A stretch of DNA of 64,000 nt, taken from NCBI RefSeq assembly GCF_963853765.1, contig NC_088857.1, positions 48,236,001 through 48,300,000 on the forward strand, in the 5' to 3' direction. This document shows, piece after piece, positions 23,009 to 36,365 of this stretch; the stretch's first letter is position 1, and every line of letters starts with the position of its first letter. A program made the translations under genes and the position numbers. The DNA comes from Magallana gigas. Lineage: Eukaryota. A model generated the notes under the pieces. That model saw only the letters and a list, made by a program, of their open reading frames with translations, did no database searches and was not told where the DNA came from.

Positions 23009-23699
23009 CCACGCCCACTGCCAGGGATTAAACTGTCAGGGATATTTAGTGCTCAGTTAATCTGTGATGGTTTTCATGTCACTTTCAATTAGTATTTTTG
23101 TATGTATATCACATAACATCTGCAACCAAAATAAAAAAAAAATAAATAAACGAGGAGAAACTACAAGTAATGCCAGAAACTTTAAAACATTCCATGTTTG
23201 GAATCTTGTCATTTTATAACATTTATACGAATAAAAATACTTCGTATTCTATATTTTAAAATTCAATACTGGGCGGACAACAAATTAGTCATAAGATCTA
23301 CCTTAAAATTTTTTTTATACTAGATGATTAACCCTATCCCACTTCTAAAAAGAAATTACTTTAATCTGTACTTATAGAACTAACAAATCCCCATAAAACA
23401 AGCATAATCAGGTATAGAGATGTATATCAAATTGACATTTATTTGTTTTTTTCTATGAAAATATATTTACATTTTAAACTTTCTTTGTCCGTGATAACAA
23501 TACGAACCAATTTTGAAGCCTAAAACCTAATAACTTCATAAAACATGAGTGCCACAAAAAGGGCGTGTCTCATAGCATAACCAAAAAAAAAACCACGGTA
23601 TTGGCTGCGCCGAGTAGAAATACATTGCATGTGCCAAATAAACAGATAGTGATTTTAAAATAATATTGTTTTAAAGTGTATAAATTGGATATAATATAA

Positions 23700-23865
23700 A
23701 TATAGAAAATAAGGAATCATTCTTTGAATATTATGTGGTGATAATTTCGGTCGGAGCATCGTAAAATCTACCATAAAGCCCTTCGGACTTTATTGGGTTT
23801 GACCACGCCCCGACCGAAATTATCACCTCATAATACTCAAAGAATGATTCCTTATTCCTTAAATA
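23700..23865. mobile_element. Short palindromic MITE
   Basis: AAGGAATCATTCTTTGAATATTATGTGGTGATAATTTCGGTCGG ... CCGACCGAAATTATCACCTCATAATACTCAAAGAATGATTCCTT, with centre GCCCTTCGGACT. Confidence 0.75.
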
Positions 23866-25126
23866 TCCATAGACACAGGAGTTCTAAGTATAGACTGGAT
23901 TTTTCTTGTTTTAAAAATAGATGCCGACTGAAAAATAGGGTACCCTATTTTGAGGCAAAGTTACGACTTAAATGAGCAAGATTCAAACCTTTTCTCAACA
24001 AATGGTTGTAAAGAGGACACCAATGAACCCCTTTCTTAATTTTTTCAAATTATAAGTCTGTAGCTGCGCAGTTTGACAGCTGTTAAAAGGCATTATCCCG
24101 GTCTTGTATGCATACTTTTCAAAGAAAATGACATGAATGACTTCGTATTAATTGCTTCTTCATCTTTTGACAACATTTTGGGCCAGTTTTGGACAGAAAC
24201 AAGCCAGTTCAAGAAATGTTTACATTTTTATCCTCAAATGTACAAGATGGCCGCACATCCCCCTTCACTCGCCTTACACTTTCCGCCATGATGTCAATTA
24301 GTCAACCCGTTTCTAGGCACTCCGTTCAGGAAAGTTCTTACCATTAATACTAAAATCGCATTAATTGTTCCATTTTACTTATCAACTTTTGATCAAAGGT
24401 ATACTATCTGCCCGCGATGCATGATGAACTCGTCCTACACGTTTCGTTGATTGGTCAAACCGCGTTCTTGGTTACCCCACTCTGGAAAGTTCTCATGTGA
24501 ATGTGTATCAAAACTAAAATTAATTGACTCATTTTATTCATTCAACATTTTTCAAATCTAAACTTATATGCATTCTCTAAATAGGCTCGCGGTGTATAAA
24601 TATATTCACTCTTTACGTAATCATTCAATATTATTTCATTGCAAGTACTAGTATATATATTTTGATGCAAACTATCCCTGACTTAGATCCGCCAAAAGGG
24701 TGTCCACTACCTTACTCTCATTTTTGCTATTTCGGGCTTGTTGATCGAAAATTTCACAAAATCCACTTATCAGTTAAAATTCAATTATACCTTACGGACA
24801 TCATCCTGCATGTGTTGAAATACCAAGGGTGTAAGCAAGTACTCTGGTGCAGGCATTTTGTAGTTTATGTGCAAAATGCCTTAATTTTTAAGTTTAGATG
24901 TATAATTGATATAATTATGATTTATTAAATTCATAAACTATTACAATGTTTTTACTATTTAGTAAAAATAAATTTATGTATTTAAGCTTTATAGAATAAT
25001 TTCCTAAATATATTTTTATACACACCTCTTCTTCTCAGGGAGATAAATATAGTCTAAAAATAACCACGACCATCCCGCCCTCTTAAAAAGGAATACAAGT
25101 TATTCCTCTTTGTACTTTGTATCAGT

Positions 25127-25128
<2 letters not shown>

Positions 25129-25180
<52 letters not shown>
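25129..25180. repeat. (GA)n microsatellite
   Basis: Direct reading. Confidence 0.95.
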
Positions 25181-25181
<1 letters not shown>

Positions 25182-25371
25182 GTAAAGCGTACAGGACATC
25201 ATTCCTCCGTGAACTTATCACTGAGATTAAAAATTGAAGTTACCAATAGAAATGGACAGCATACATGTTTATGCTCTCAAATTGAAATGAAAGTACCTGA
25301 ACCGTGAAATAGATCGAATATAGTAAAGATTAATGGCCAGACTTCAATGTAAATGTACATAATTAATAATG

Positions 25372-25880
25372 TTAAAGTAACTTAGACACGATTTGAGCTG
25401 AAAATTTTGTTTTCATTTTAAATACCAAGAATGGTCAATATGGATGCTTTTAACGCTTTGTCAAAATTCGAAAGTCAAATACTGAGTTATAAGCGAGTTA
25501 CTTGGGTAGAATTCTTTGTTTTGTAAACAAAACTCAAGTCCTGTTATTGTTTACATATGTGTTGTTTGGTATAAGTTTCAATCTAATGTTGCTTTTTGTT
25601 GTTGATAACATTATATATGAACACATTGAATTTGTTTATCTTCTTTGGCCTAATTTATTTTGTCAAAGAAATGGCAATTTCTTTACTTTACATTATTTGT
25701 GAACAAATATGAGACTCGAACTTTGTTTACATAATATCGACTTCTTCCCTCCATATCTCGCTTGTAACTTGATTTCTAACATTCAAATTTTGACGAATCA
25801 TTCAAAATAGACAAATAAACCATTTTATATAAAAAAAAAAATGAAAATAAAATTTTTATCTCAAAGGGTCCCCTTTATAA
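25372..25880. mobile_element. Degenerate TTAA-type MITE related to 15051-15544
   Basis: Shared internal blocks GAGTTATAAGCGAG, TTTGTAAACAAAACTC, CTTTGTTTACATAA and CTCGCTTGTAACT. Confidence 0.55.
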
Positions 25881-26584
25881 ACAGTCGAGATTCTAAATAC
25901 TCATATTACACATCGCAGCAGACAGTGGTATTTGGCTTACAATGAAAGGTCAAGCGGTAAGAACTTTCAACAATGATCTTTTGATATTCCTGCGAGAGAA
26001 AAAAAACTTACGTATACTATGTGATATAAAATCGCACCTAAACATTTATCAGTTGTGATGTCAGTATAATTATATACATGTAATATTGAGAAGTCCTATT
26101 AAAATCGAATTGCAGTGTGGGGGAGGTGGGAGGACATGCGATTTTTTTAATTAAAAAAACGTATGCTTTTAATTGCAAATAAATTATAGATGCTCATCTC
26201 CATAAATAAAAGTACCGCATACTAAATTTCCATTCTCATTCATCGCTCCTCCAGCAGATCAGTAAATAATTGAGTCAGCAGATGTAGCAGTTTATTGACA
26301 GCATCCAATACCGTGCCTGTATAGTCACTAAGTAGTGTCGGGGAATACCATCGATTTGTTAGAGAGGTAACAGTGACCGGGATTGAAATGGATTCTGTCT
26401 CGGGTGTCTGATCCGATCTCAATACATGAGCAAGCAATTGAATACCCAAGTCATCAAGATGTCACAAAAGCCACATCCGTGACAGGGACTTGAAAGGCGT
26501 TGTTTCATTACTGGCTGTAAGCTATTGAAAAAAGGCATCCAGAAATAGAGCCATACTCAATAGCAACAGTTAACCGGAACAATA

Positions 26585-27845
26585 TTTTAGCTCACCTGAC
26601 CTGATTGAAAGCTTATGTGAGTTTTTAGATCACTTTTGTCCGACGTCCGTCTTTTTACATTTTATGGCTATGCTCCAGAATCACTTGCCAAATTTAAACC
26701 TATCTTGACTCAAAGCATTATTGGGTGAAGGAGATTTTTTTTACATTTGATAAAATGAAGGACCACACCTTCTTTCAATAGGAGATAATTAAGAATTATA
26801 GCTAAAACCCCCTCCTTTTTTACACATGGAAAGCGCAAGTTAAACATAATACATACCAAGCTAAGACACCTTTGCATACTTAATTTTGATTTACACAAAA
26901 TATAGAAAACGGTAATTGTCGGTGTGGATCACCCGAAGATGCTAACCACGTTTTTCTTCAAATTCAAAAATTATACTATCGCTACAAATAATTTGTTTTC
27001 TTAATCTGCTACAATAAATAGACCATTTTTCATAAAATAAATATCCATCTTTTATTATTGGGCGATGAGTCATTATCCCTTGATATTAACAATCAATTAT
27101 TCTCATTAGTTTTATTGTATATCAAATCGATTATTGAAAATGTACTGGAATTTTTCAAAAGTCTTCCTCTCAAAAACCAATAAGTCAGTAAAGCTGAAAC
27201 TTTTTTGGAAGTGTCCTCAAGTAGTGTGAATTCAAGTTTGTTCAAATCATGATCCTTAGGGTAGTGTTGGGGCCACAATGATGGGTCAATTTTTTACAAA
27301 GGAATAGATAGAGAAAAATCTATTTTTCAAAAACCAAATTGGCAAGAAATGCTGGAACTTGTGTGAAAGCATCCTCGGGTAATGAAGATTCGAGTTTGTT
27401 GAAATTATTATCCTTAGGGTAAGATGGGCTACAATAGGGCGGGGCGGAAGGGGGGAGGTCGAATTTTGAAATAGAAAAGCAAATTGAATTATTCTCAAAA
27501 ATCTCTAATATTATATTATATAGTATAACTTATTTGCAAGCTTCTTGACATTTGATTTTCAGTTGTTTAGACTGTGACCTTTGGACAATTATTGGGCCCT
27601 ACAAGGGATTCATAGTTGGATGTAGGTATATGAACAGTTGTTTAAGATCTTCATGAGAACTCTAGAGCTCAATATGTGATATGACTATGAAATCATCAAG
27701 TTACAAATTAAGGGGATCAGTGTTTAACATAAGAATTTCTGGAAAATTTTTCGAAAGTCTTTATACAGGATCAATTCCCCATGTAGCTTATATTATTATG
27801 GCTATTGTTGCTCAGTTGAGCAATGTGGCCAATGTGCCTCTTGTC
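26585..27845 (+). mobile_element. Degenerate second Helentron/HINE-like copy with satellite monomers
   Basis: Starts TTTTAGCTCACCTGACCTG..., has decayed monomers similar to 21400-22400, and ends GCTCAGTTGAGCAATGTGGCCAATGTGCCTCTTGT. Confidence 0.7.
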
Positions 27846-28258
27846 ATTGTTTTAAGCCACATGGACATGCATTTATTTGTAGTTTATGAACAACAACAAA
27901 TAAGAAGCTTTTCAGTTTTGTGGCTATATTAGAGAAAAATTATAAAACATGCGATTTTCACACGTCATTACAATCAACTATATTAATCTGAAATGATTAC
28001 TACATAAAGGTCACATGGGTTTAACCTCCGATCTGCATGGGACTTCATTATGGGGATGTATGATATAAATATATACATATTAAATGATCCAAAGACCAAA
28101 TCTTTGGGAAACGATGAACGATGTGTTGTAGGCGAGTCACAAAGCAAACTTTTCTGTCACCAGCAAAAATGCGAGTAAAACGTTTACGTTACGACACAAT
28201 ATGACTAATTTTTGCACAGTGAATAACGTTGCTTGCTACGACATGTTTCCCGTGGGAA

Positions 28259-31200
28259 CTACTGGGATTCCTCCTCATCCGACTTCCGAACAGCCTGAAT
28301 GAGACAGACTGCTACCACCACACACAGCACCTAGAACAGATAAAAGACCGGTGAGATTCTAGTCATAGGGAAAGACCGACGAGATCGTAGTTAATGGAAA
28401 AGACAAACACGTTCGTAATCCTATGGAAAGACTTACGGCCGTAATCATAGGAAAAGACCAATAAGATGGCAGTCATAGTTAACCAAACAGATTATAGTCA
28501 TTAGACTACGACAGAGAGGAAAAGACCAGTCATGCCAAAATCCCAACAGGATCGTACTCACGTGGATAGACTGATAAGATCATATCAAAAAGATCGTAGT
28601 CAGTCATCAACAGAATCGTAGTCATGTGAATAGACTGATAAGATCATATCAATAAGATCGCAGTCAGTCATCAACAGAATCGCCGTCAAAGGGAAATATC
28701 AATATGATCGTAGTCCTTCACTCTTATAGAAAGAAAAGAAAGAATAGACCAGTTATACCACTGTCATTGGGACTATGACATAGTGGAAAAGATAGTACAT
28801 TGAATTCCAAGGACAAAGATCAGTTAGATCAGTAAGATCATTGTCATTTGATTCTTAGGATCAATGTAAGCAGTATCCAGAAACTGTGAATGTATATCAT
28901 GATCTGAAGCTATAACATTTACAGAGCAACTTAAGATATTAGCAGTAATATCACTATTTTGAAAATCAACAATCATTCAATCTGAAAACGTCTTGTAACA
29001 TTAATACCTCCACGACTCCTATCGCAACCCCAATGGCGATGACGTAGATTGCTTTATCATTGGCGTATTCTAATATGGCGTTCCAGCAACCCTGCAACAA
29101 AAATGTAAAGCAGTTAAGATTGTTTTCGAAATGATATATGAACTATCTTCAACATTCAGTTTGTGATTATTTTCTTGCCTTTCGAAAGTTAGAGTTTTCA
29201 TCAGAGGGGGAAGTTTGACATGAAGTGTCATCCATATTCAAGGAATTAACATCTTTGTAAAAAGATTCCTTGTTGGTGAATTTGCAACACGTGAGAGGGA
29301 TGATGTCTGACGTATTCTTCTTGTCCTGCCACCTGGTGGCGGAGAGAAAATCCATGTAGTTGTCTATGCCACAGCATTCAAACTGCAATAAAAAGGATCT
29401 GTGTATATGTCGGATCTGGGTATACAGTTCATGATGATGTCATGAGAGTGTGGTAACTAGTCAAAGTGACGTTCGGAATAAAAGAAGTTAGTGAATTAGG
29501 CGTGTAAAATGCCTATATGAGGACAGAAAAGACACTGTAAAATTTGAATATGAACAAATCTGATAGGTTTTTTTAAATCATTCAAAACAAAGTACATTTA
29601 ACATAACATCGACTTGTAACCCTTAAATATGTTAAATACTGTAGATTCATCATTGTTCATGGGAGACCAATGTTTGTGGGTAACCCTTGCCTCCGAATTT
29701 ACTTCACCAAGAAACTATATACAATCACTTGTTTAATATTTATTGAAATTATCCAGATTACACTACAAACGAAAATACGTCCCCACAAACCAGGAAAACT
29801 TTGGCTACCCACAAACATTGACCCCCAGGAATAAGAATGATTCCACAGTACTTGGGATATGTTGATTTAAACTGGCATATGGGTATCAAAACCTCCAAAT
29901 GGAGTAGATTTTAAACTTTAAAATGCCTTTTCTTATACATGTAATGTGTGGATCTGAACTCCACATTTTTGTCAGAGTATATATAAGGTCTAAAGGAAAT
30001 CAAACAGATCACAATCAACAAAGAAATGCAGAGATATGAACCACTATACTTTATAAATATCATTTTGTATCCCAACAATTGATCGTTTTAGAAAAATAAT
30101 AGAACTTCTGTGGCCAAAGTCGCATATAACATTTAAACAACGACTTTGTTAGGACAAAAATGGCTCAGTGGTTTCGGTTAGATAAACTCAGAGAACTCGG
30201 TTTTTTAGATTGTCGGTTTGATACCACCACTACTTTTGGAGTTTTCTTTTTTCCTTTCGTTTGTTTAAATATAAAAATCTTAATAAGTTAGAAATTGTCC
30301 TTTTGTAAACTTGTATCATAACATCAAATATATTCAGTGGGAGAAAACTAAACTTTAAAATGTAATTGATGATTAAACTAAATATGCATTTCTGCTATGA
30401 TCCTATCCTACTCCCCCTTTCCTTTCTAGGTCAAGTTGGGATTAAATTTAGGGTTAATTATTAAACCGGATTATAGCAACAGTATCGTTTCTTGTACAAA
30501 ACTTTTATGGAATGAATATAAACTTTGTTCTACATTAATAAACAATTAATATAATGAAAATGTCCTTTTACAAGCTAGGAATATAGTTCATGTGTTTAAG
30601 GTATTCTCGTTTGAGAAGTGGACAGGCATAGTCTACATCCGGATCCACTTTCCACTTCTCAAAAGAGAATAGTGTTTGAGGTTGTTTTGTACTACTTTAT
30701 TGACCTACTTATTGATGACCTTGTCATTGCCAATTTAATCACAATAGCGTAACACGATGTTATAATATGTCAATGCTTAAAGAAATGTCACATAGTGCAA
30801 AAATCTGGCGAATCTGCTAAGTTCATTACCATTCTTAAACGCCTTGTAGCTTTATATATCAGTTTGTCGGAGTTCTGTCTATTTTGACAATGGCTGCAAT
30901 AACTATCTCTGTCTACATCTGTTTGGTGACAGATATTTCCCAATATACGCTTTGTCTTAATTTGATAGTGGGGTCGGCAAACGAAAAAAAATTTGTTGAT
31001 ATGCCAGTCATGGAACAGGATTATGTAGAGCAATGCTATTTCGCAAAGTCTGGGGCCCAGCCCTATAGTGTTTGGTAATGCCCAGTCTCTCTACAGAGGG
31101 ACAAGGATCTAAACAAATTGTGCATTTAAAGGTAGAAATGACTGGTTAACCGGCAATTTCAAAGTCTTTGTAATTTCTTTACAAACCGAAGTTCACAGAT

Positions 31201-34200
31201 TAGTTGAATTATCGTTAGGTGTTCGTTTAATCAGTGTGCAACAGTGGGGACAGGCACTTGTTGTTAGCGTATAATGAAATGGAATGGAATTTCAGTTTGT
31301 AACGCAAATTGTGCATCCTTTTTTATGTTTTAAGTTCAATGAAAACTAATTCATAGTAATATGTATAGATGCAAATTACAATCAAATATATAGTTAAGTA
31401 ATAAGAGGTTATGAAAACCTAGTTCAATATTTTTGTGCATGCGGGCCTTCTGTAACGACTCGATTCTTGTCGTTTTAATGTCTTTTAATATACTAGTAAA
31501 TGATTATGCAGTTTTTTTTTTTAAAGTTGCTGATAGGGCACATAAACAACCGACTGTTACAACGCACTTTGAAATTTTTTTCAAAGTGCGTTGATCTGGT
31601 CCAAAATTGAACGCATTTTGAAAAATATTCCTTCAAAGTGCGTAATTTTTCAAAGTGCGTTGCCACACCCGACTGATACCTGAAGTTGGGCCACATCCAA
31701 CCCCAGAGAAAAAGGGTCCCCCGTCTTCACATCCCCGTCGTACTGGGCACTCAGTCGAGATTTTAAAAAGGCCTTCAAATCTTCTGTCACCTGTAAATAT
31801 TAAAATCCTTTTGAAACTTGATTGAATTCGTTGATAAAAAACATCAATTTCAAAAAATCATTAAGCGTAAAAAACTAATTTCCCTTCGTTGGGCAGTTTT
31901 CCTACTCTCTTTTTTTTTTTTAATCATAAGACTTCAACGTTTATTGTGAACGAATCTGAACCATGGCTTTAATTGGTTTCAGATAATATACGGAATACCA
32001 AAATGTTAATAAAGGCACTCGACTTTATAAGTGATAAGCGTAGGAGATATCTAGAACTAAATAACTTGACAAAAAGACAGCTACTTGTCGGTTTAAAGCG
32101 GTAAAGACCTTTCTATTGATTTCTCTTAATAATGAAGTGTAGTGTAAAAACGTCAACTTATCCATTACAGCCGACCTCGATCTGACTCTATAGAAACAAA
32201 ACCATCCAACTGTTTGTTTTTACATCATAATAGAGCAATACCTTTGTTGCCCGTAGTTCGTCCAACTCGAGGAAAGTCCAATTGACAACCTAATCCCTAC
32301 AGATCAAAGATGGCGGTCCCCACGCGTCGCAATTTTTTCAGTTATTAATTTCATATTGATCTCGAACGGAATTGCCATAAACGTCAGAAAAGACAATCAA
32401 TTCATGCTGCACAAAAATTCTTTTTGTGTGTTGTCTGTTTGATAGATTGGTTGTAATTTGGAGATTATTGAACGAAGTTGGGGAGTAAAAATTGATTAAT
32501 TTTGCATAATTCATAAATCTCATTTTCAACTGGAAATCTGAATTAGAACAAAGCATATTGATGGTATCCGACTTTTATATTCGGTATATTTGAATTACAC
32601 AATCCCCGAAAGTATCGACCGCCACATTGTAGCTCTGAAAGTAAACGGGACTTTGAACTGAGCATTACTGTGGCTTTGTCAATCAACTCCAATTCTTATT
32701 TTATTCTAAACTGTCATGAAGGAATAGCTTAAAAAGTACATTTGTTTTGTAGAAATAATCGAGATAAATTTTATCATTTAATTAATGACAAATAAAAAAC
32801 AAACGTTATCTCTTCGGAGTATATGCAACAATAATTGACCGATTCGCAGAAAGGTTTTTATGGTAACATTTTTATATGTTTATGCATTTCAACGACGCAA
32901 TCAAAGTAATTGAACAGCCTTAATGGTTAGGTTGGTTTTATCTTTGACAGGAACGCTTTTAGATGACCCAAATTGCTCTCTCACTGATTCAATGTCTCCA
33001 TTCTTCTATTAACTCTGCTCATTTACATAGTGTGTACAGATAACCTGTTTCCCACTCTCGACTCACAGTCTTCAATGCTCTGTAACAACACGTTATTGAG
33101 GAAGTTATCGCTTTGGAGTTTGCAGTTGGATAATTATTTTATATTAGCCTGTCAAATACTCACTTTGCTTTGAAATATGGCAGCTATAACCACTGCTGCT
33201 ATTTGAACAAAAAGGATCACGACCATTACCACACAATACTGAAAAAGAAAGAATCGACAAACTATATATAGTATTTCAAACCTGGCATCGTGAAAGGCTC
33301 GAATGAAAGAAATGTAAAACGTGTTTGAATAGAAATACCGTTACTTTGATCATGAACATTCATCTAATATATTGAAAAGAATGAAACTCGTGTCGTGAAA
33401 AGACCACATTGGTTAACCGTCTGGATTAGATATTAAAAATATATGTACCAACAAATGAACTCAAAACAAATTCAAAGAGGGTGCATTGCGTGAATGTTAT
33501 ATGAATAAAACATGAATAAAAAATTATTACATGAAGCCATTGAGAATCTGTATTCTAGTGAAAGATGTTCATGAATTTTGAAACGAATTAATGAGCTTCA
33601 TATGGAGTTTGTTTATATAAAAATTTCTGAATTAATTACATACGATTGAGTGAAACAAACTTAGTGAGCGTTGCAGACAATATTTCAAATTTGCATAAAA
33701 CTCTTAAGTATTTGCTATCTTTTAAGGCTAAGGAAATTTAGAGCTGGCTTTAATGTATACCATATAAATCTGTTGTATGTCTTTTAGCCATTGTATATTG
33801 CCAGACGTCAACTGTGATTTGGTTGATACTACGAGCTCTATCTATCTGAGACTTCTATGCCAAGCAACCTACAGCAAACAGAAGACAGTTGTTCTCTTTG
33901 ACGGCTCCACAGCATCCCAGAAATCCGATCAGAACAGCCACTCCCCCGCTGGCAATCAGAACAAGCGCCCCCGTGCGGATAAGGGAGACTACATCGAAAC
34001 TTCCGGAGTCGCCCACCTCGGTCAGAATGAGGATCCTGTCGTCGTCTAACAACGCCCAGACCCCCAGACCCACAGTGCCTAGACCAATCAGCTAGAACGG
34101 AAAAATTAAAGTAGAACGTGCTCAAAAGTAAAGTTTCTGTTAAAAGGGAATAAAATAGAAAAACTAACAAAGCAATGCCTAGTAAAAAATCATGTCCATG

Positions 34201-34968
34201 ATATAAAACACTATTTTACAAAGAAAACTTATCCTTCAGCATAAAACACCAATATGCACAGTAAAGCATGTAAACAAACAGTAATATTATTGGACATATA
34301 TTACGTGATTATAGGAAATTTACAGTCATTTTACTGCTTTACACAGAATTCCTAAAAGATTGCTACGATTTCTGGCGGTTTTTGTTCTTTTCCATAATGT
34401 TGATGGGAACCAGTAAGTCATTAATATGGCTGTTAATCGATGAGTGTTGACGAATGTCCTCCCAAGTTGTGACCACAAAGTTACTGCCCAATAAAGTGCA
34501 CGACCTGGCTGGGACAGAACGACGCCTCAACCTTTAGCCGGCGTTACGTCATCCATCAATGTCTGGACGAAGCTATATTGATTTGGCAGCCATATTTGAT
34601 TTGAAAATTAACTCGTACATAAGCCACTGGTGTGATGACCGACTTGTAGTTAATATTTTCAGCACATTAACAGCATTAATCTTTGGTCAATTTTCTTAAT
34701 ATATTATCAACAACCAATGTTTCAATTCTAAAATGCATTCATTATTTTGCATATTAATTCTCTTGTTCAATAAAACCACGACATTCTCAAGAGGCAATGT
34801 TGTACAGTTGAGCGTTTGTATTTTTAATCTATTTGTAAACGACAGAACAAGATAGAACTGCTGCAGCTAGATATGTTATATCTTGATTATAGATATACTT
34901 ACAAAAAAGACGAAATTTGTGATAAAAAGAATATACTTCAAACATTTACTTCCACAAGCCAGCGACAT
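28259..34968 (-). CDS. Tetraspanin (about 276 aa, four TM helices, CCG-containing large extracellular loop)
   Basis: Exons (minus): 34903-34968 (MSLACGSKCLKYILFITNFVFF), 33873-34091 (LIGLG...GFLGCCGAVKENNCLLFA), 33164-33238, 31680-31790, 29179-29382 (FECCGIDNY...PLTCC...C), 29008-29091 (GCW...), 28259-28330 (stop TAG). All junctions are phase 0. Canonical tetraspanin motifs are present. One GC donor. Confidence 0.95.
28340..28715. repeat. Degenerate ~30-bp tandem repeat in the last tetraspanin intron
   Basis: Recurrent GGAAAAGACC and AGATCGTAGTCA motifs, plus a near-exact ~60-bp duplication at 28565-28685. Confidence 0.7.
29637..29850. mobile_element. TA-flanked mariner-type MITE (TACTGT...ACAGTA)
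   Basis: Ends TACTGTAGATTCATC / GAATGATTCCACAGTA. A reverse-oriented relative is at 59738-59955, with fragments at ~58650-58852 and ~61326. Confidence 0.65.
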
Positions 34969-35384
34969 GGTACCTAAAGAAAATAACATAGATGGTTCTA
35001 TATATCACAGATCACATGTATAAATGTTTTGCAAAATCTTACACAACGTCTTCAGCCATGGCCAGTGTTAGTAATTTTATTTAATTTTTTAATCATTGAG
35101 CAAGACGTAGTGTTCGATATTCTTACGGATTAGTTAAAATTCGTACGCATCCGTAAAGTGGATGGGATGGAGTCTTTCTTGCCGTTACACTATATGCCAG
35201 GTACAGTATAAGTTAACCTCTGATTATTAAAACCAAATCTGAATACAATATCCTATTATAATATGTATTTCAAATCTGAATCATCATTGCAAATTATGCT
35301 TTCAAAATTATGGATCTTCATTGAAGACAAAAATCGTGATCCTTTCTTAGTTAAAACTCCAAAATAATAAATAGACAAACTCAC

Positions 35385-35500
35385 CAGTGTTTACTTTGCA
35401 AGTCCCAGCGACGTACAATGAAAGAACGAAGTCTGTAAGTGTTTAGGTGCCCACCTCAGGACACATACACGGGCAGGGGCGTGGGCCGATCTAAATATAG
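35385..35500 (-). promoter_or_regulatory. Probable non-coding first exon and core promoter of the tetraspanin gene
   Basis: Strong minus-strand donor CTG|GTGAGT near 35385. GC-rich segment with GGGGCGTGGG at ~35476 and a TATA-like CTATATTTAG (35491-35500, minus). Confidence 0.45.
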
Positions 35501-36014
35501 AACAGGCGGCATATCTGTCAGACTTTATTGCCTCCCTGTCATCGGTGTAGGGTCAATGAGTGACCACAGCTAGTACACAGGGGCGAGGAAGTTCCCATTG
35601 ACTCTACCAACAAATTAAAGTAATGCAACTTGGATCTTCTTTTTTTCACCATTCCATATATGTAAACGCGGATAAAGATACAACCAAGAAACAGTGGTCA
35701 GTATGCCAAAATTCCTTTTTAAAGTATTTATTAGGAAATAAATTGACGTGCGTTTTACAATTGCAATATATATTTATTAATCCAAAGTCTCTTTTTAAGC
35801 ACAAAATATAAAAACACTTTAAATACTGAAATTGTTTTAAAGTAATTTTTCAAAAATTTATTTTTTTTATCTGTCTTATTTTTATTTTGACTTTGTAGAT
35901 GGAACTTGCCAGAAATAAACGAATTTTTGTACAAAGAGTATTATTCGTCGTTAATCTGTGTTTAAACGAATCCTTCCTGGATTAACGCTTTTACTTCATT
36001 AAGACATACCTGTA

Positions 36015-36365
36015 ACATTATATAAATAGTGCCTGTTTGGGAGGGTAACAGTTGAAATTGACACCCCGAGGAAACCATTGTCAACCGACGCGAAGCGGAG
36101 GTTGACAATGGTTTTCGAGGGGTGTCAATTTCAACTGTTATCCTCCCAAACAGGCACTATTTATTTTATTATACTGAATATCTTAATTTTAAAGATTTAT
36201 TACTGCTTTCATATAGAAATGACGTGAATTCTACGGCGAACCGTGCGCGCATAATTTACGCGCATGTAACAATTCGTTGTGTTACCCGTTGCTAAGTGTG
36301 TTGCTAACGCCGAGGGTGCCTCTAAACCAATCAGATTTCAGTATTTAACATGAAAGTATAATAAT
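36015..36365. mobile_element. Second copy (opposite orientation) of the palindromic element at 16175-16553
   Basis: Same palindrome (centre CCGACGCGAAGCGGAG) followed by the reverse complement of 16175-16410 (AACCAATCAGATTTCAGTATTTAACATGAAAGTATAA). Confidence 0.8.

Noticed and set aside
33063-33080. Putative 13-nt micro-exon in a tetraspanin intron (CAG|AGCATTGAAGACT|GTGAGT)
   Set aside because: Its length is not a multiple of three and would break a gene model that is complete without it.
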